Source: Actinomycetes bacterium (lineage in GTDB: Bacteria; Actinomycetota; Acidimicrobiia; Acidimicrobiales; Bog-793). From it: a stretch of DNA of 64,000 nt. The stretch covers positions 599-64,598 of the forward strand of contig JAJZMK010000093.1 of NCBI GenBank assembly GCA_021798275.1. Direction: 5' to 3'. The translations under genes and the position numbers were made by a program. The notes below the pieces were generated by a model that was not told the DNA's origin, made no database searches, and worked only from the letters and a program-made list of their open reading frames with translations. Below are positions 49,526-58,778 of this stretch, piece by piece. Numbering within the stretch: the stretch's first letter is position 1; each line of letters opens with the position of its first letter.

Positions 49526-52500
49526 TTAGGTATAACTCAAAGTATGTATATTTATTTTAGACCCCAGGGACTCTTTGGCTAGCAAAAGCAAGTGCTGATG
49601 ATGGGTAAAGAGTAAAACCTGACTATATTCAGAGAGGCGACTTAGACAACGCAGAGCTGCCGATGAGCGGGTATCGTCAAAATTAATTAATATATCATCG
49701 AAGATTACCGGCATTTTTCCTATATGTTGAACACTTTCTTCGATAGCGGCGATTCTTAAAGCGAGATATAGCTGGTCCCGTGTCCCATCGGACATTTCCT
49801 CCAGCCATTTTTGCTCATTTTCTTTCGAATATGCACATAGAAGCTTTCTATTCTTTTCACCTTCTTCAGCCGATATTTTTTGGTATCTACCATCGGTAAT
49901 TTCTTTGAAATAACCAGAGGCTTTTTGTAAGAGGGGATTTTGGTGTTTGGCACCGTAGCGGCTGATGGCTTCTTCCGCTATATAATTAGCCAGTATCAAA
50001 CGGGCATACTGCTCCCCGTTCTCTATAATCTCTGCCAGGCAATTTTCTGCCAGAGCTGCTTTTCCTGCGGCAGCTTCGGAGCCATCCATCTCATCTATTT
50101 TTAATTGAATCGCTATTTTATCTTCTTGGACTATTGCTAAATCTTTTTCTAATTCTTTGCTTTCGGTATCAATTTGTTTAAGTTCTGTATCAATTTTTTC
50201 TATCTCGGTATCAGATATATTTTGAAATGCTTCCGATAAAGACCTTCCTCCCGTCTGGTCAATTAGTTCATTTTCTATTCTGTTAATTTCTTGCTCAAGC
50301 GAATAATATGTTAATGAGTTAGTAACTAAAGATGAGATAGCATCACTATATTCAATTCCATTTTCTTTAAGCAATTCTTTTAATTCCGCTTCACAACCGA
50401 CAAGCTGTGAAGTCAAAGATTCCATGCCGTCGCGCTCGGTTGTGAGACTTTCGCATATGCTTAGATACTTGTCGTAAGTAGCCCTCTCTTCCTTTAATAG
50501 CTTACCAAGAGTACGCGCGGCATCGATATGTGTAGTTTCTGATAGATTCAAGAAACCGTTTGCCGCTGAGCGCAATTGTTGCTCAAAGATATCAGAGCGG
50601 TGGTCGATACCTGCAATCCTGTCTGTCAGCGCGTTGATGGACTGTACCAAGCTATCAATCTGGTCTATTTGAGAGAGTAAATTCTTACTTTCATTGGGGG
50701 AGTTGACTTGAAATCCCAACCCTGCAAGAAGCGTATTGAATTCTTCTTTTGCCAGGTCTTTTGTTTTGGACGTTTTTGTTAAGGCATCTTCTAATTTATC
50801 GTATTTTTGTTTTAAAGATATAAGTTCTTTTTTATGGTTATTTCGCTCTTGTTCACTTTTGAGCAAGTTATCAAGCACTTGTTTGGCTTGGGAGATCAGA
50901 GGTGCTATGTCTGATCCCGTGATTGGACTTACACCATTGTCAGAAAGTGCATTTGCCAAGGTATTACGGCAGTTCCTCCTTTTTTTGAAAACAGATCTGA
51001 GTGATGACTTTGTCTCAAGGTATCTCTTGTAGCTTTTTTTAATTTCTGCGAAGTGATTTTTCCAGATTTCTAATTCACTATGGGATTTAGGGATAGAAAG
51101 ATAAGGCCACGCATCTGCCCATTGGGTGAGTTGAAGTGCCAAGTCGTTTTCGCTATTTCGTATCTTAGATGAGATGTAGGTAATTTCATTAGTAGTGTCT
51201 ACCAATTCAGCTTCCAGACGATTCCTCTGCGCTGTCTTGTCAGCCTCTTGCCATAGTCTATCGACTGTTTCGTCAGCAAGAGCAAGATGTGCTTCGTAAG
51301 CTGATGCCAAATCCAAGTCAGTTTTATACGAAAACCCATCGCCAGTTACTTTATTTTTGTACAACCAGGAAGCTTTGACGGTTTCCCATTCCTCATTTCG
51401 CATTTGCCTTACTTTTGCGAGATCGTCGTTGCTCGGAAGGTCTTGCGTCGCAGTAAGAGTTTTAAGCTCAGTTTCTTTATCATGTAGTTTTTCTTTTAAC
51501 GTATCCAGCTGGTTATTTAGTAACTGAATGTTTACTTCTGAGTCTCTTAGTGCGGTAGACATTTCCTGTATTTGTAGATCTTCGGGTAAGCGGCTTTCCA
51601 TCACAATTTTGACTTGATCAGGGTCTAGGTCAATTTGTATAGCTGCCTCACTCAGACTGCTACAGATTGCGTTCAGTTCTGACTCCAGTCTTGCAAGTTC
51701 CTCATCAAGGGCTATATTGGAAGCTTCAATGGCGGCTTCAAGTAAAGGTATATTTTGAGACTCCGGTAAGTCAGACAATAAGTAATTGATGTCTTCAATG
51801 ACGCTTTTAGTTTGCGTCAATTCCTCGTTGGTACTGTCGTACTTACTTTGCGCATTACTCCAAATTTCCTGAACATCTCTGAGGGTATTTTTCGTATCGA
51901 GAATTGGTTTGATTTTGTCGATGTCATCTGTAGAGGTAGATGTCCCGAAGACGCTCTCTAGAATTCTCAACACTTTATGTCTGTTCTCGTCAAGGTCTTT
52001 CTGTAATTGAGCTTCGTCTTCGACGCCTTGGGCGTAGGCCATAATATTGGCTCCCAGAGCATCTATTTCATCGCCGCGATCGAGAAGGTTTTTGTTAGGC
52101 TGGATTCCTTGGAGCTTTTCTTCAAGGTTGCTAATGGTATTCTGCAAAGATGAGATGCTACCTTGCAGCTCGGTCTTTTGTGTTAATTTTGCATCTATTT
52201 TCTCAGCCGATGATTTCGGCAAAATATGACTAACGTCGAGAGAGTTTTTTTGTATTGTGAGCTGTTCTTTTCTTTTTAAGTTGGGTAGTACGGCACGCTG
52301 CATAGTTAAATACTGTCTCCGGCTATCTAATACATTAAGCTGCCTCTTGAGCTCTTCCTCGTCCTGTATCTGTTTTTTGAGGCGTTTTATTAGATCTTCG
52401 TAGCTGGAGGGCTTGAGTGAGAGATCCGCAATTTGTTTTTTGAGGTTGTGATAATCTCTGAGAGATTTATTGATTATTTTAGTAGAAGCCGTTGGGGCAA

Positions 52501-53017
52501 ACAGTTTTCCCGTCTCTTGTTTAAATTGCTTAAGAATGTCATCGATTTCTTTAACGCCGATACCTGCGGCAAATATAGTTTCGTTGAATGCTCCATCACG
52601 CTCTACCAACCTAGTGGTCTCCTCCAATAGCTGTTCCCAGCCCAAGGTGAAGATGGATTCGAATTCTTCCTTCCCAACGCCATTTAGTAAGTAACGTTGC
52701 CAATTATCTTTGTCTACGGGAGTATCTGATGTGCGTTCGACGAGGTCATTCTTGCTTTTTTTGTAGCGGATAACGTCGGAGACGTTACCATCTTGGTCCT
52801 CCAAAACACCTCCGATTTGTAATTTATTCATCGGGTGAAAGAAGTCAAAAGAAGTCCTAGTGTCAATGCCATAAAGCAGAGAGGTTAAAGCTTTTCTGGC
52901 TGTTGTTTTCCCTGCTTCGTTCGGACCGTAAATGACGTGAAGACCTGGGGCTGATAAGTCAATATGAACGTTTGAAAAATTTCCGAATGCTATCAGATCG
53001 AGAGAGTTAATCTTCAT
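49526..53017 (-). CDS. YhaN-like (AAA_27) SMC/Rad50-like ATPase with long coiled coil
   Basis: IYGPNEAGKTT, MSDGTRDQLYLALR, DDILINFDD and FTHH. ATG 53017 overlaps the end of the upstream nuclease gene. Confidence 0.88.
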   Translation of the reverse strand: MKINSLDLIAFGNFSNVHIDLSAPGLHVIYGPNEAGKTTARKALTSLLYGIDTRTSFDFFHPMNKLQIGGVLEDQDGNVSDVIRYKKSKNDLVERTSDTPVDKDNWQRYLLNGVGKEEFESIFTLGWEQLLEETTRLVERDGAFNETIFAAGIGVKEIDDILKQFKQETGKLFAPTASTKIINKSLRDYHNLKKQIADLSLKPSSYEDLIKRLKKQIQDEEELKRQLNVLDSRRQYLTMQRAVLPNLKRKEQLTIQKNSLDVSHILPKSSAEKIDAKLTQKTELQGSISSLQNTISNLEEKLQGIQPNKNLLDRGDEIDALGANIMAYAQGVEDEAQLQKDLDENRHKVLRILESVFGTSTSTDDIDKIKPILDTKNTLRDVQEIWSNAQSKYDSTNEELTQTKSVIEDINYLLSDLPESQNIPLLEAAIEASNIALDEELARLESELNAICSSLSEAAIQIDLDPDQVKIVMESRLPEDLQIQEMSTALRDSEVNIQLLNNQLDTLKEKLHDKETELKTLTATQDLPSNDDLAKVRQMRNEEWETVKASWLYKNKVTGDGFSYKTDLDLASAYEAHLALADETVDRLWQEADKTAQRNRLEAELVDTTNEITYISSKIRNSENDLALQLTQWADAWPYLSIPKSHSELEIWKNHFAEIKKSYKRYLETKSSLRSVFKKRRNCRNTLANALSDNGVSPITGSDIAPLISQAKQVLDNLLKSEQERNNHKKELISLKQKYDKLEDALTKTSKTKDLAKEEFNTLLAGLGFQVNSPNESKNLLSQIDQIDSLVQSINALTDRIAGIDHRSDIFEQQLRSAANGFLNLSETTHIDAARTLGKLLKEERATYDKYLSICESLTTERDGMESLTSQLVGCEAELKELLKENGIEYSDAISSLVTNSLTYYSLEQEINRIENELIDQTGGRSLSEAFQNISDTEIEKIDTELKQIDTESKELEKDLAIVQEDKIAIQLKIDEMDGSEAAAGKAALAENCLAEIIENGEQYARLILANYIAEEAISRYGAKHQNPLLQKASGYFKEITDGRYQKISAEEGEKNRKLLCAYSKENEQKWLEEMSDGTRDQLYLALRIAAIEESVQHIGKMPVIFDDILINFDDTRSSAALRCLSRLSEYSQVLLFTHHQHLLLLAKESLGSKINIHTLSYT

Positions 53018-54287
53018 TGTCAACCCCTTGTATCTTGAGCAGATAAGCAAGCATCGAAACCGCTTCATCTGTCATGTTCGCCAGATGCTGGGTACTTAAA
53101 AAATCATCAAGACCATATTGTTCCGCTGTGTTTATCTTATTCTTGAGTGAGGAAATGACAGAGAGTGGATTGTTGTCACTCAACAAACTCGGTAGGTCAG
53201 TTTTGATTGTTTGCGCGATCTCTTTTAATTCTCCCAAGAGCTCATTATTTGCGAAAGTGCCCAGGCTTTTCTCGTAAAAGGAGGAAACTTTTACTTTTTC
53301 TATCCAGATCGGAGCCTTATGAAAATCAAGAGACATAGCGCGAATCTCATTGGTTAAGTGGGTTATTTTTTCCTGCAGCATACCGGTTAAATTGGTATTT
53401 CCCGTAAACTCAATGCGCACGGCATAAGTTTTACTGCCATCTACACATGTAGACTCCAGTTGTTCATAACATGTAGATATGCAGTCTTCAAGTGATTTCG
53501 CCTCCGATATATCTACGTAGCAATGTTCCCAGCGGACATTGGCTAGTACTAACTCATCTAAGGAAGGCTCTCCGTCTGTAAATGTGACGAGTGATGCCCC
53601 TTTGGGGCCTGTTTCGCGAATATGACGGCCTTGTAGGTTCCCGGGAAAAACTATATAAGGATCGGTATCGATAATTTTCCGCTTATGGACATGACCTAGT
53701 GCCCAGTAATCGTACCCCTTAGATTTTAGGGTATCTAGGCCACAAGGGGCATATCTGTCATGGCCAAGTGTGCCATCAAAGCAAGTATGGAGCATACCTA
53801 TATTGATCAGCCCCAAATCCCCTTTGGGATAATTAGCCGCTATGTTATCTGAGGTATCTCTTGTGGGGTAGCTTTGTCCATATACTGCTACGCCGAGATC
53901 GTCGAAAATGCGAACTTCAGGCTCTTTACTACCAAGTAATGTAGTATTCGGTGGAAATCGGAGTTTTTTGGTAAGTTGGCTTTGCGCGTCATGGTTGCCT
54001 TGGATGATGACGACCCGGATATTATTAGCGTTCAGCTCACTCAATCGATCGATGACGAACAGACCCGTATTATAATCTTTCCAATCACCGTCGTAGAGGT
54101 CGCCGGCTATCAGAAGCAGATCTACTTTCTCCTCAATGGCTGTTGAGACTAGAGATTCAAACGCATTTCGTGTCGCTGTCCTCACTGTTTCGGCAGGGGA
54201 TCCCTCATAGGCAACCAAACCATGCATCGGGCTGTCGATGTGCAGGTCTGCAGCGTGCAATAAAGTAATTTTATCCATAGTCTTCAA
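53007..54287 (-). CDS. YhaO-like Mre11/SbcD metallophosphoesterase DNA exonuclease
   Basis: HAADLH, AGDLYD, GNHD, YWALGHVH and PGNLQGR..RETG.KG motifs. Confidence 0.9.
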   Translation of the reverse strand: MKTMDKITLLHAADLHIDSPMHGLVAYEGSPAETVRTATRNAFESLVSTAIEEKVDLLLIAGDLYDGDWKDYNTGLFVIDRLSELNANNIRVVIIQGNHDAQSQLTKKLRFPPNTTLLGSKEPEVRIFDDLGVAVYGQSYPTRDTSDNIAANYPKGDLGLINIGMLHTCFDGTLGHDRYAPCGLDTLKSKGYDYWALGHVHKRKIIDTDPYIVFPGNLQGRHIRETGPKGASLVTFTDGEPSLDELVLANVRWEHCYVDISEAKSLEDCISTCYEQLESTCVDGSKTYAVRIEFTGNTNLTGMLQEKITHLTNEIRAMSLDFHKAPIWIEKVKVSSFYEKSLGTFANNELLGELKEIAQTIKTDLPSLLSDNNPLSVISSLKNKINTAEQYGLDDFLSTQHLANMTDEAVSMLAYLLKIQGVDNED

Positions 54288-54410
54288 CGATCATACAATA
54301 GGGATCATACAATGAATTATTGCTAAGTCAAGTATTGTGGGCGTCCCTTTGAACCTACTATTTCTTGCTAAAGACAACCTGGGATAAGCAGCGAAACCGT
54401 TATAACACCG

Positions 54411-54860
54411 TCAACTGTTTTCTTGCGCGGTAAGGTCTGTACCGCAATACTTACACTTGGTCGCAGCCAACAAGATGTCGGATGAAAGACACGCCGGGCA
54501 TGTCTTGACTGGGGGAGGGTCTGCAAAGACTTGGGTTCCGCGTTTTGCGGAAATCTTCTTATATGGCATTACTATAAAGAAATAGACCACAGCCATGAAA
54601 ACCAAGAAGTAAATTACCTCTGAGAGAAATGCCCCTATATTCAAAAAGGTACTTTGGTTATTGGCAGACCCAAGTTGCACGCCAAGTCCGATAGAGTGTT
54701 TCCCCTGTATGCGTGATATGATGGGACTGACTATAGAAGAAGTAAAGGCTTTCACCAAGCCGCTGAATGCAAGTGCCACGATAAAACCTACCGCCATCAC
54801 CACTATGTTGCCGTTTAACAGGAATTTTTTAAATCCTTTTAATGTCATTTTTTTCTCCAT
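54411..54860 (-). CDS. mscL: Large-conductance mechanosensitive channel with C-terminal zinc ribbon
   Basis: GFKKFL..GN....AVGF, two TM helices and CPAC..CKYC. Confidence 0.88.
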   Translation of the reverse strand: MEKKMTLKGFKKFLLNGNIVVMAVGFIVALAFSGLVKAFTSSIVSPIISRIQGKHSIGLGVQLGSANNQSTFLNIGAFLSEVIYFLVFMAVVYFFIVMPYKKISAKRGTQVFADPPPVKTCPACLSSDILLAATKCKYCGTDLTAQENS

Positions 54861-55049
54861 TGATGGGTTGAAGTTGCCTTTGTCTTATAACAGATTATAT
54901 ACATTAGATAGATGTATATAAATACCTTTTTTTATTGATTATTTATAGTAAAAATAGGATTTTTTGCCCGGAAATAGAGAAATTGTAGAGATAATTTCTA
55001 TAGGAAAATAATTCATCAGCCGATTGGCAGTGAAAACGGTAGTTGGCTG

Positions 55050-55850
55050 TTAGCTGTTTTTTGAAACAGCAAATATTTTACGGATAAACAAGCTTTTGTG
55101 ATGATCCATCAGATTTTCAATTGGAAATCTGATCAAAGATATCACCATAGCAACCAAAGCTCCTTCAAGGATACCTGCTATGACATCACCCGGATAATGT
55201 GCTCCGACATAAACGCGGGCAAAGCATAAAAATAAAGCCAAAAATACAGATCCAGATAGCACGTAATAACGAAATTTTGGCGATAACACAGTGCTTTTAT
55301 GGGAATATTTTTTACCTACAGGTAAAAATACAGCAGAGTTTTGAATGGCTTCGGACTTTTTGAGTTGCCAGATAGCCAATGCAATTGTGGCCAGAAGAGC
55401 GCCTGCAAGAACTGCATGATCTGAGGGAAAAGAGTAATCGTTTGTCTTTCCTACCAAGACCAAAGCATTTTTAAACGTATCATAAGGCCGTTTTTCTTCT
55501 ACGGAACGCCCTATGAATTGATTAACTAAAAGAGCCAGTAAAGTTCCCAGGCCACCTGCAAAAAGGGCTATGGTTACCTTGGTTATATTATTTAGCCAGG
55601 ACTTTAGGTAAAGAAAAATAAAAATTATTGTTAGTAGGGTAGGCCCAAGCCAGAGAGCATAGGCATGCATAAACCCATGTGCAAAAGAGGTTTGTTTGGC
55701 GAAATTGTTTATATCTAGATAAAGCTGCTTATTCAATTGTTTGGGGGGTGTAACGTTAATAACGCTGTGAAATAGCATAGCGGTAATATCTGGGGTCATA
55801 TCACTAAAAGATTCCTTCCTACTCTGTATACTTTCCGAAAACGGCGTCAA
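55050..55850 (-). CDS. PAP2-family phosphatase (undecaprenyl-diphosphatase-like)
   Basis: RP, SFPSDH and ARVYVGAHYPGD motifs. Start is uncertain. Confidence 0.88.
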   Translation of the reverse strand: MTPFSESIQSRKESFSDMTPDITAMLFHSVINVTPPKQLNKQLYLDINNFAKQTSFAHGFMHAYALWLGPTLLTIIFIFLYLKSWLNNITKVTIALFAGGLGTLLALLVNQFIGRSVEEKRPYDTFKNALVLVGKTNDYSFPSDHAVLAGALLATIALAIWQLKKSEAIQNSAVFLPVGKKYSHKSTVLSPKFRYYVLSGSVFLALFLCFARVYVGAHYPGDVIAGILEGALVAMVISLIRFPIENLMDHHKSLFIRKIFAVSKNS

Positions 55851-55919
55851 GCACTATCGGCCACATCACTACTCTAAAGAGCGACGTCTCGGCCCGGGAA
55901 ATAATTATAGTTACATATA

Positions 55920-56099
55920 ATAATCTTTTTTGTAGCTACCTTTACCGAAGTGATAATCTACCATACATCTATAGACCAGGTTCAGGCAAGAGTATCTTGT
56001 CGGGGATTTGTAGAATATAATAAGGACTACTTTTTGTCACGATGGTGCTATAGGTATGAAAGTAGAAAAGTAAAATGTCAGACTACAAGAGAAGGTTAT
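55920..56099 (+). other. About 180-nt rod-like nested inverted repeat (candidate structured RNA or DNA element)
   Basis: Seven nested stems found by eye; see findings. Confidence 0.5.
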
Positions 56100-56358
56100 A
56101 TTACATTTTGTTGTCAAACTAAAATTTCACCTATTCTTGTTCTTGCCCGAAGTAAACTAAAAAATTAGGGATAATAGATTGAGGAAAATTATCTAATTTT
56201 TGGATATAAAATATTTCCTCTTGTGAAAAACTCCAAGCTTGTAATTTGGTTACAATGGTATTTTGTTCAGGTAGCCGCCTAATATATGTTTTGTAAGCGA
56301 GTAGGCTTGGACTTAGAATATTTGGAAATAACATATATTTATGTACTAAGAGGGACTG

Positions 56359-57390
56359 ATGGGTGATAATTCTTTTGGATTGACAGGCCGCGATATAGCG
56401 GTGGATTTGGGAACGGCTAATACGCTTGTATATGTGAGAGGGAGGGGTATTGTCCTGAACGAACCCTCCGTGGTGGCGATTAATACCAAGGACGGCCATC
56501 CGCTGGCCGTCGGGGCCGAGGCCAAGCGTATGATTGGGCGTACCCCGGCACATATTCAGGCTATCAGGCCCCTAAAAGATGGCGTAATAGCGGATTTTGA
56601 GATTTGTGAAATGATGTTGCGCTATTTTATAAGAAAAGTCCACCCCAGAAGGTTTTCTAAGCCGCTCATGGTTATCTGCGTACCATCCGGGATTACCGGT
56701 GTAGAGAAAAGAGCGGTACAAGAAGCTGCAGAGTACGCTGGTGCCAAGAAAGCGTATATCATCGAAGAGCCCATGGCAGCTGCCATAGGAGCAGGCCTAC
56801 CCATACACGAACCGACCGGTAATATGGTGGTTGATATAGGTGGAGGAACTACGGAAGTAGCCGTAATATCCCTGGGCGGGATCGTGACCAGCCAATCAAT
56901 ACGTATCGGAGGTGACGAACTCGATGCCTCTATCATTAGTTACGTCAAGAAAGAATACAGCTTGGCTTTGGGGGAACGTACGGCCGAAGAAATCAAAATT
57001 TCTTTGGGGTCGGCGTGTGAACTTGAGGAAGAGCTTCACGCTGAGATCAGAGGTAGAGATCTGGTAACGGGTCTGCCCAAAACCGTCGTCACTTCGACCC
57101 GCGATATCAGAAAAGCCATCGAAGAGCCTGTTTCAGCGATCATTGACGCCGTAAAAGTAACTTTGGACAAAACTCCACCGGAGCTTTCGGCTGACATAAT
57201 GACCCAGGGGATTGTACTGACAGGTGGGGGCGCTCTTCTCCACGGTTTGGACGTACGACTCCATGCCGAGACATCAATGCCGATAGTGGTAGCCAAAGAT
57301 CCGCTAAATTGTGTGGCTATGGGATCGGGTATGTGTCTTGAAGAATTTCCCGCTTTGGAAAAGGTACTGACCTCTTCCTCTAATCGCTGA
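56359..57390 (+). CDS. mreB: Rod shape-determining protein MreB
   Basis: [24 protein letters not shown] and LTGGGALL motifs. Confidence 0.97.
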   Translation: MGDNSFGLTGRDIAVDLGTANTLVYVRGRGIVLNEPSVVAINTKDGHPLAVGAEAKRMIGRTPAHIQAIRPLKDGVIADFEICEMMLRYFIRKVHPRRFSKPLMVICVPSGITGVEKRAVQEAAEYAGAKKAYIIEEPMAAAIGAGLPIHEPTGNMVVDIGGGTTEVAVISLGGIVTSQSIRIGGDELDASIISYVKKEYSLALGERTAEEIKISLGSACELEEELHAEIRGRDLVTGLPKTVVTSTRDIRKAIEEPVSAIIDAVKVTLDKTPPELSADIMTQGIVLTGGGALLHGLDVRLHAETSMPIVVAKDPLNCVAMGSGMCLEEFPALEKVLTSSSNR

Positions 57391-57405
57391 TAGGGTAGTT
57401 GTATC

Positions 57406-58245
57406 GTGGCGCCTGCTAACAGGCGGGCTAATCAGCGCATAACTTTAATTATGCTGATATTAGTCTCGCTTACTTTATTGACATTGGACTATCACGGAGA
57501 AGCCAATAGGGCAATTACTCATATCAGAAATGGGTTTCAAAGTGCTATTTCTCCGATTCAAAAAGGGATAGCGGATATTCTTCACCCGGTTGGTAATCTC
57601 TTTGCCGGGGCTTTTAATTACGGATCCCTAGAGCAACAAAACGTAGCCTTAACGAAAGAGTTGACGGGAGCGGAAAGACAACTGTATGAGCAGCGAGGCG
57701 AAGAAAGTCAAATTCGTCAGATCCAGGCTTTGGATAACATCAAATTTGCCTCTAATCTTCCTTCCGTCGATGCCCCGGTAATTTCTCAACCCTCTTCCAA
57801 TTTCCAATATACGATTGAGATAGGCGAAGGTACATCAGAAGGTATCGGTCCCGGGATGCCCGTTGTTGGTCTTCAGGGTTACGTAGGAACCGTGCTTACG
57901 GCATCCTCTTCAACGGCGGTAATACAATTGGAGCAGGACGTCAAGACTAGGGTAGGGGTTCGTTTTGAAGAAAAGTCCTCCGGCTATAGCCTTGGCGTTA
58001 TAGAAGGACAGGGAGCGGGAAGACCCCTTACGGCACTTGTGAACCTGCCCGGACCGAAAAAAGGCAGTATAGTCTATACATCCGGTCTCTATGGAGAGTT
58101 GTATCCGTCGGGGTTGCCTGTTGGGGTGGTCACTAATGTACACCTTGCTCCAGGTGCCCTGCAAGACGATGTCACGGTCACGCCACTGGTCAACGTAAAC
58201 CAGTTGCAGTTTGTCAGAGTAATCTTATGGGAACCGCCGGCATGA
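57406..58245 (+). CDS. mreC: Rod shape-determining protein MreC
   Basis: N-terminal TM helix, coiled coil, G...GMPV and VYTSG....YP.GLPVG; follows mreB. Confidence 0.9.
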   Translation: MAPANRRANQRITLIMLILVSLTLLTLDYHGEANRAITHIRNGFQSAISPIQKGIADILHPVGNLFAGAFNYGSLEQQNVALTKELTGAERQLYEQRGEESQIRQIQALDNIKFASNLPSVDAPVISQPSSNFQYTIEIGEGTSEGIGPGMPVVGLQGYVGTVLTASSSTAVIQLEQDVKTRVGVRFEEKSSGYSLGVIEGQGAGRPLTALVNLPGPKKGSIVYTSGLYGELYPSGLPVGVVTNVHLAPGALQDDVTVTPLVNVNQLQFVRVILWEPPA

Positions 58246-58778
58246 TGAGGTCAAAGAACTACTCCAAGTTGTTTGTGGTGATCTTGGTGGCCGTAGTTTT
58301 TCAACAATCGGTTCTGAACCAGATTGTGGTTATGAATGCTCATCCCGATGTTCTGGTCTTGTTGGCTGTTTGTGCCGGGGTTGTCCTCGGTCCTGCCCAG
58401 GGAGCAATAGTGGCGTTCTGTCTCGGCATCGGGGCCGATCTATTGGTCGATATGCCTTTCGGTCTTTCCTGCCTGGCTTTCTCGATAGCCGCTTTTACAG
58501 CCAGCTATTTTCAAAAAATTCCCATGCATAAATCCGGGGTCGGAAATACAGGGCTGCTTTGTGTATCGGCTGCTTTGATTACCACTCTGCTTTATGCCAT
58601 TATTGCTACATTGGTAGGTCAGCACGGTATGCTGACAATCCAATTACTTAGAGTATTGGTAGTAATAGGCATAGGTGGGATTGTGATGGTTTGGCCTTCT
58701 ATACACATACTGAAATGGGCTATTGGCAATGACAGTCTGAGACACTCTCAAATTCCGCCGGGAGGAAGTGCCGCTTGA
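58242..58778 (+). CDS. mreD: Rod shape-determining protein MreD
   Basis: Hydrophobic protein with PD and G...DL....PFG motifs; ATGA overlap with the mreC stop. Confidence 0.85.
   Translation: MMRSKNYSKLFVVILVAVVFQQSVLNQIVVMNAHPDVLVLLAVCAGVVLGPAQGAIVAFCLGIGADLLVDMPFGLSCLAFSIAAFTASYFQKIPMHKSGVGNTGLLCVSAALITTLLYAIIATLVGQHGMLTIQLLRVLVVIGIGGIVMVWPSIHILKWAIGNDSLRHSQIPPGGSAA

Noticed and set aside
47500..54420. attL/attR duplication of the tRNA-Gly(GCC) 3' end, or an integrase
   Set aside because: I saw no second copy of the tRNA 3' sequence and no recombinase, so it is not called a mobile element.
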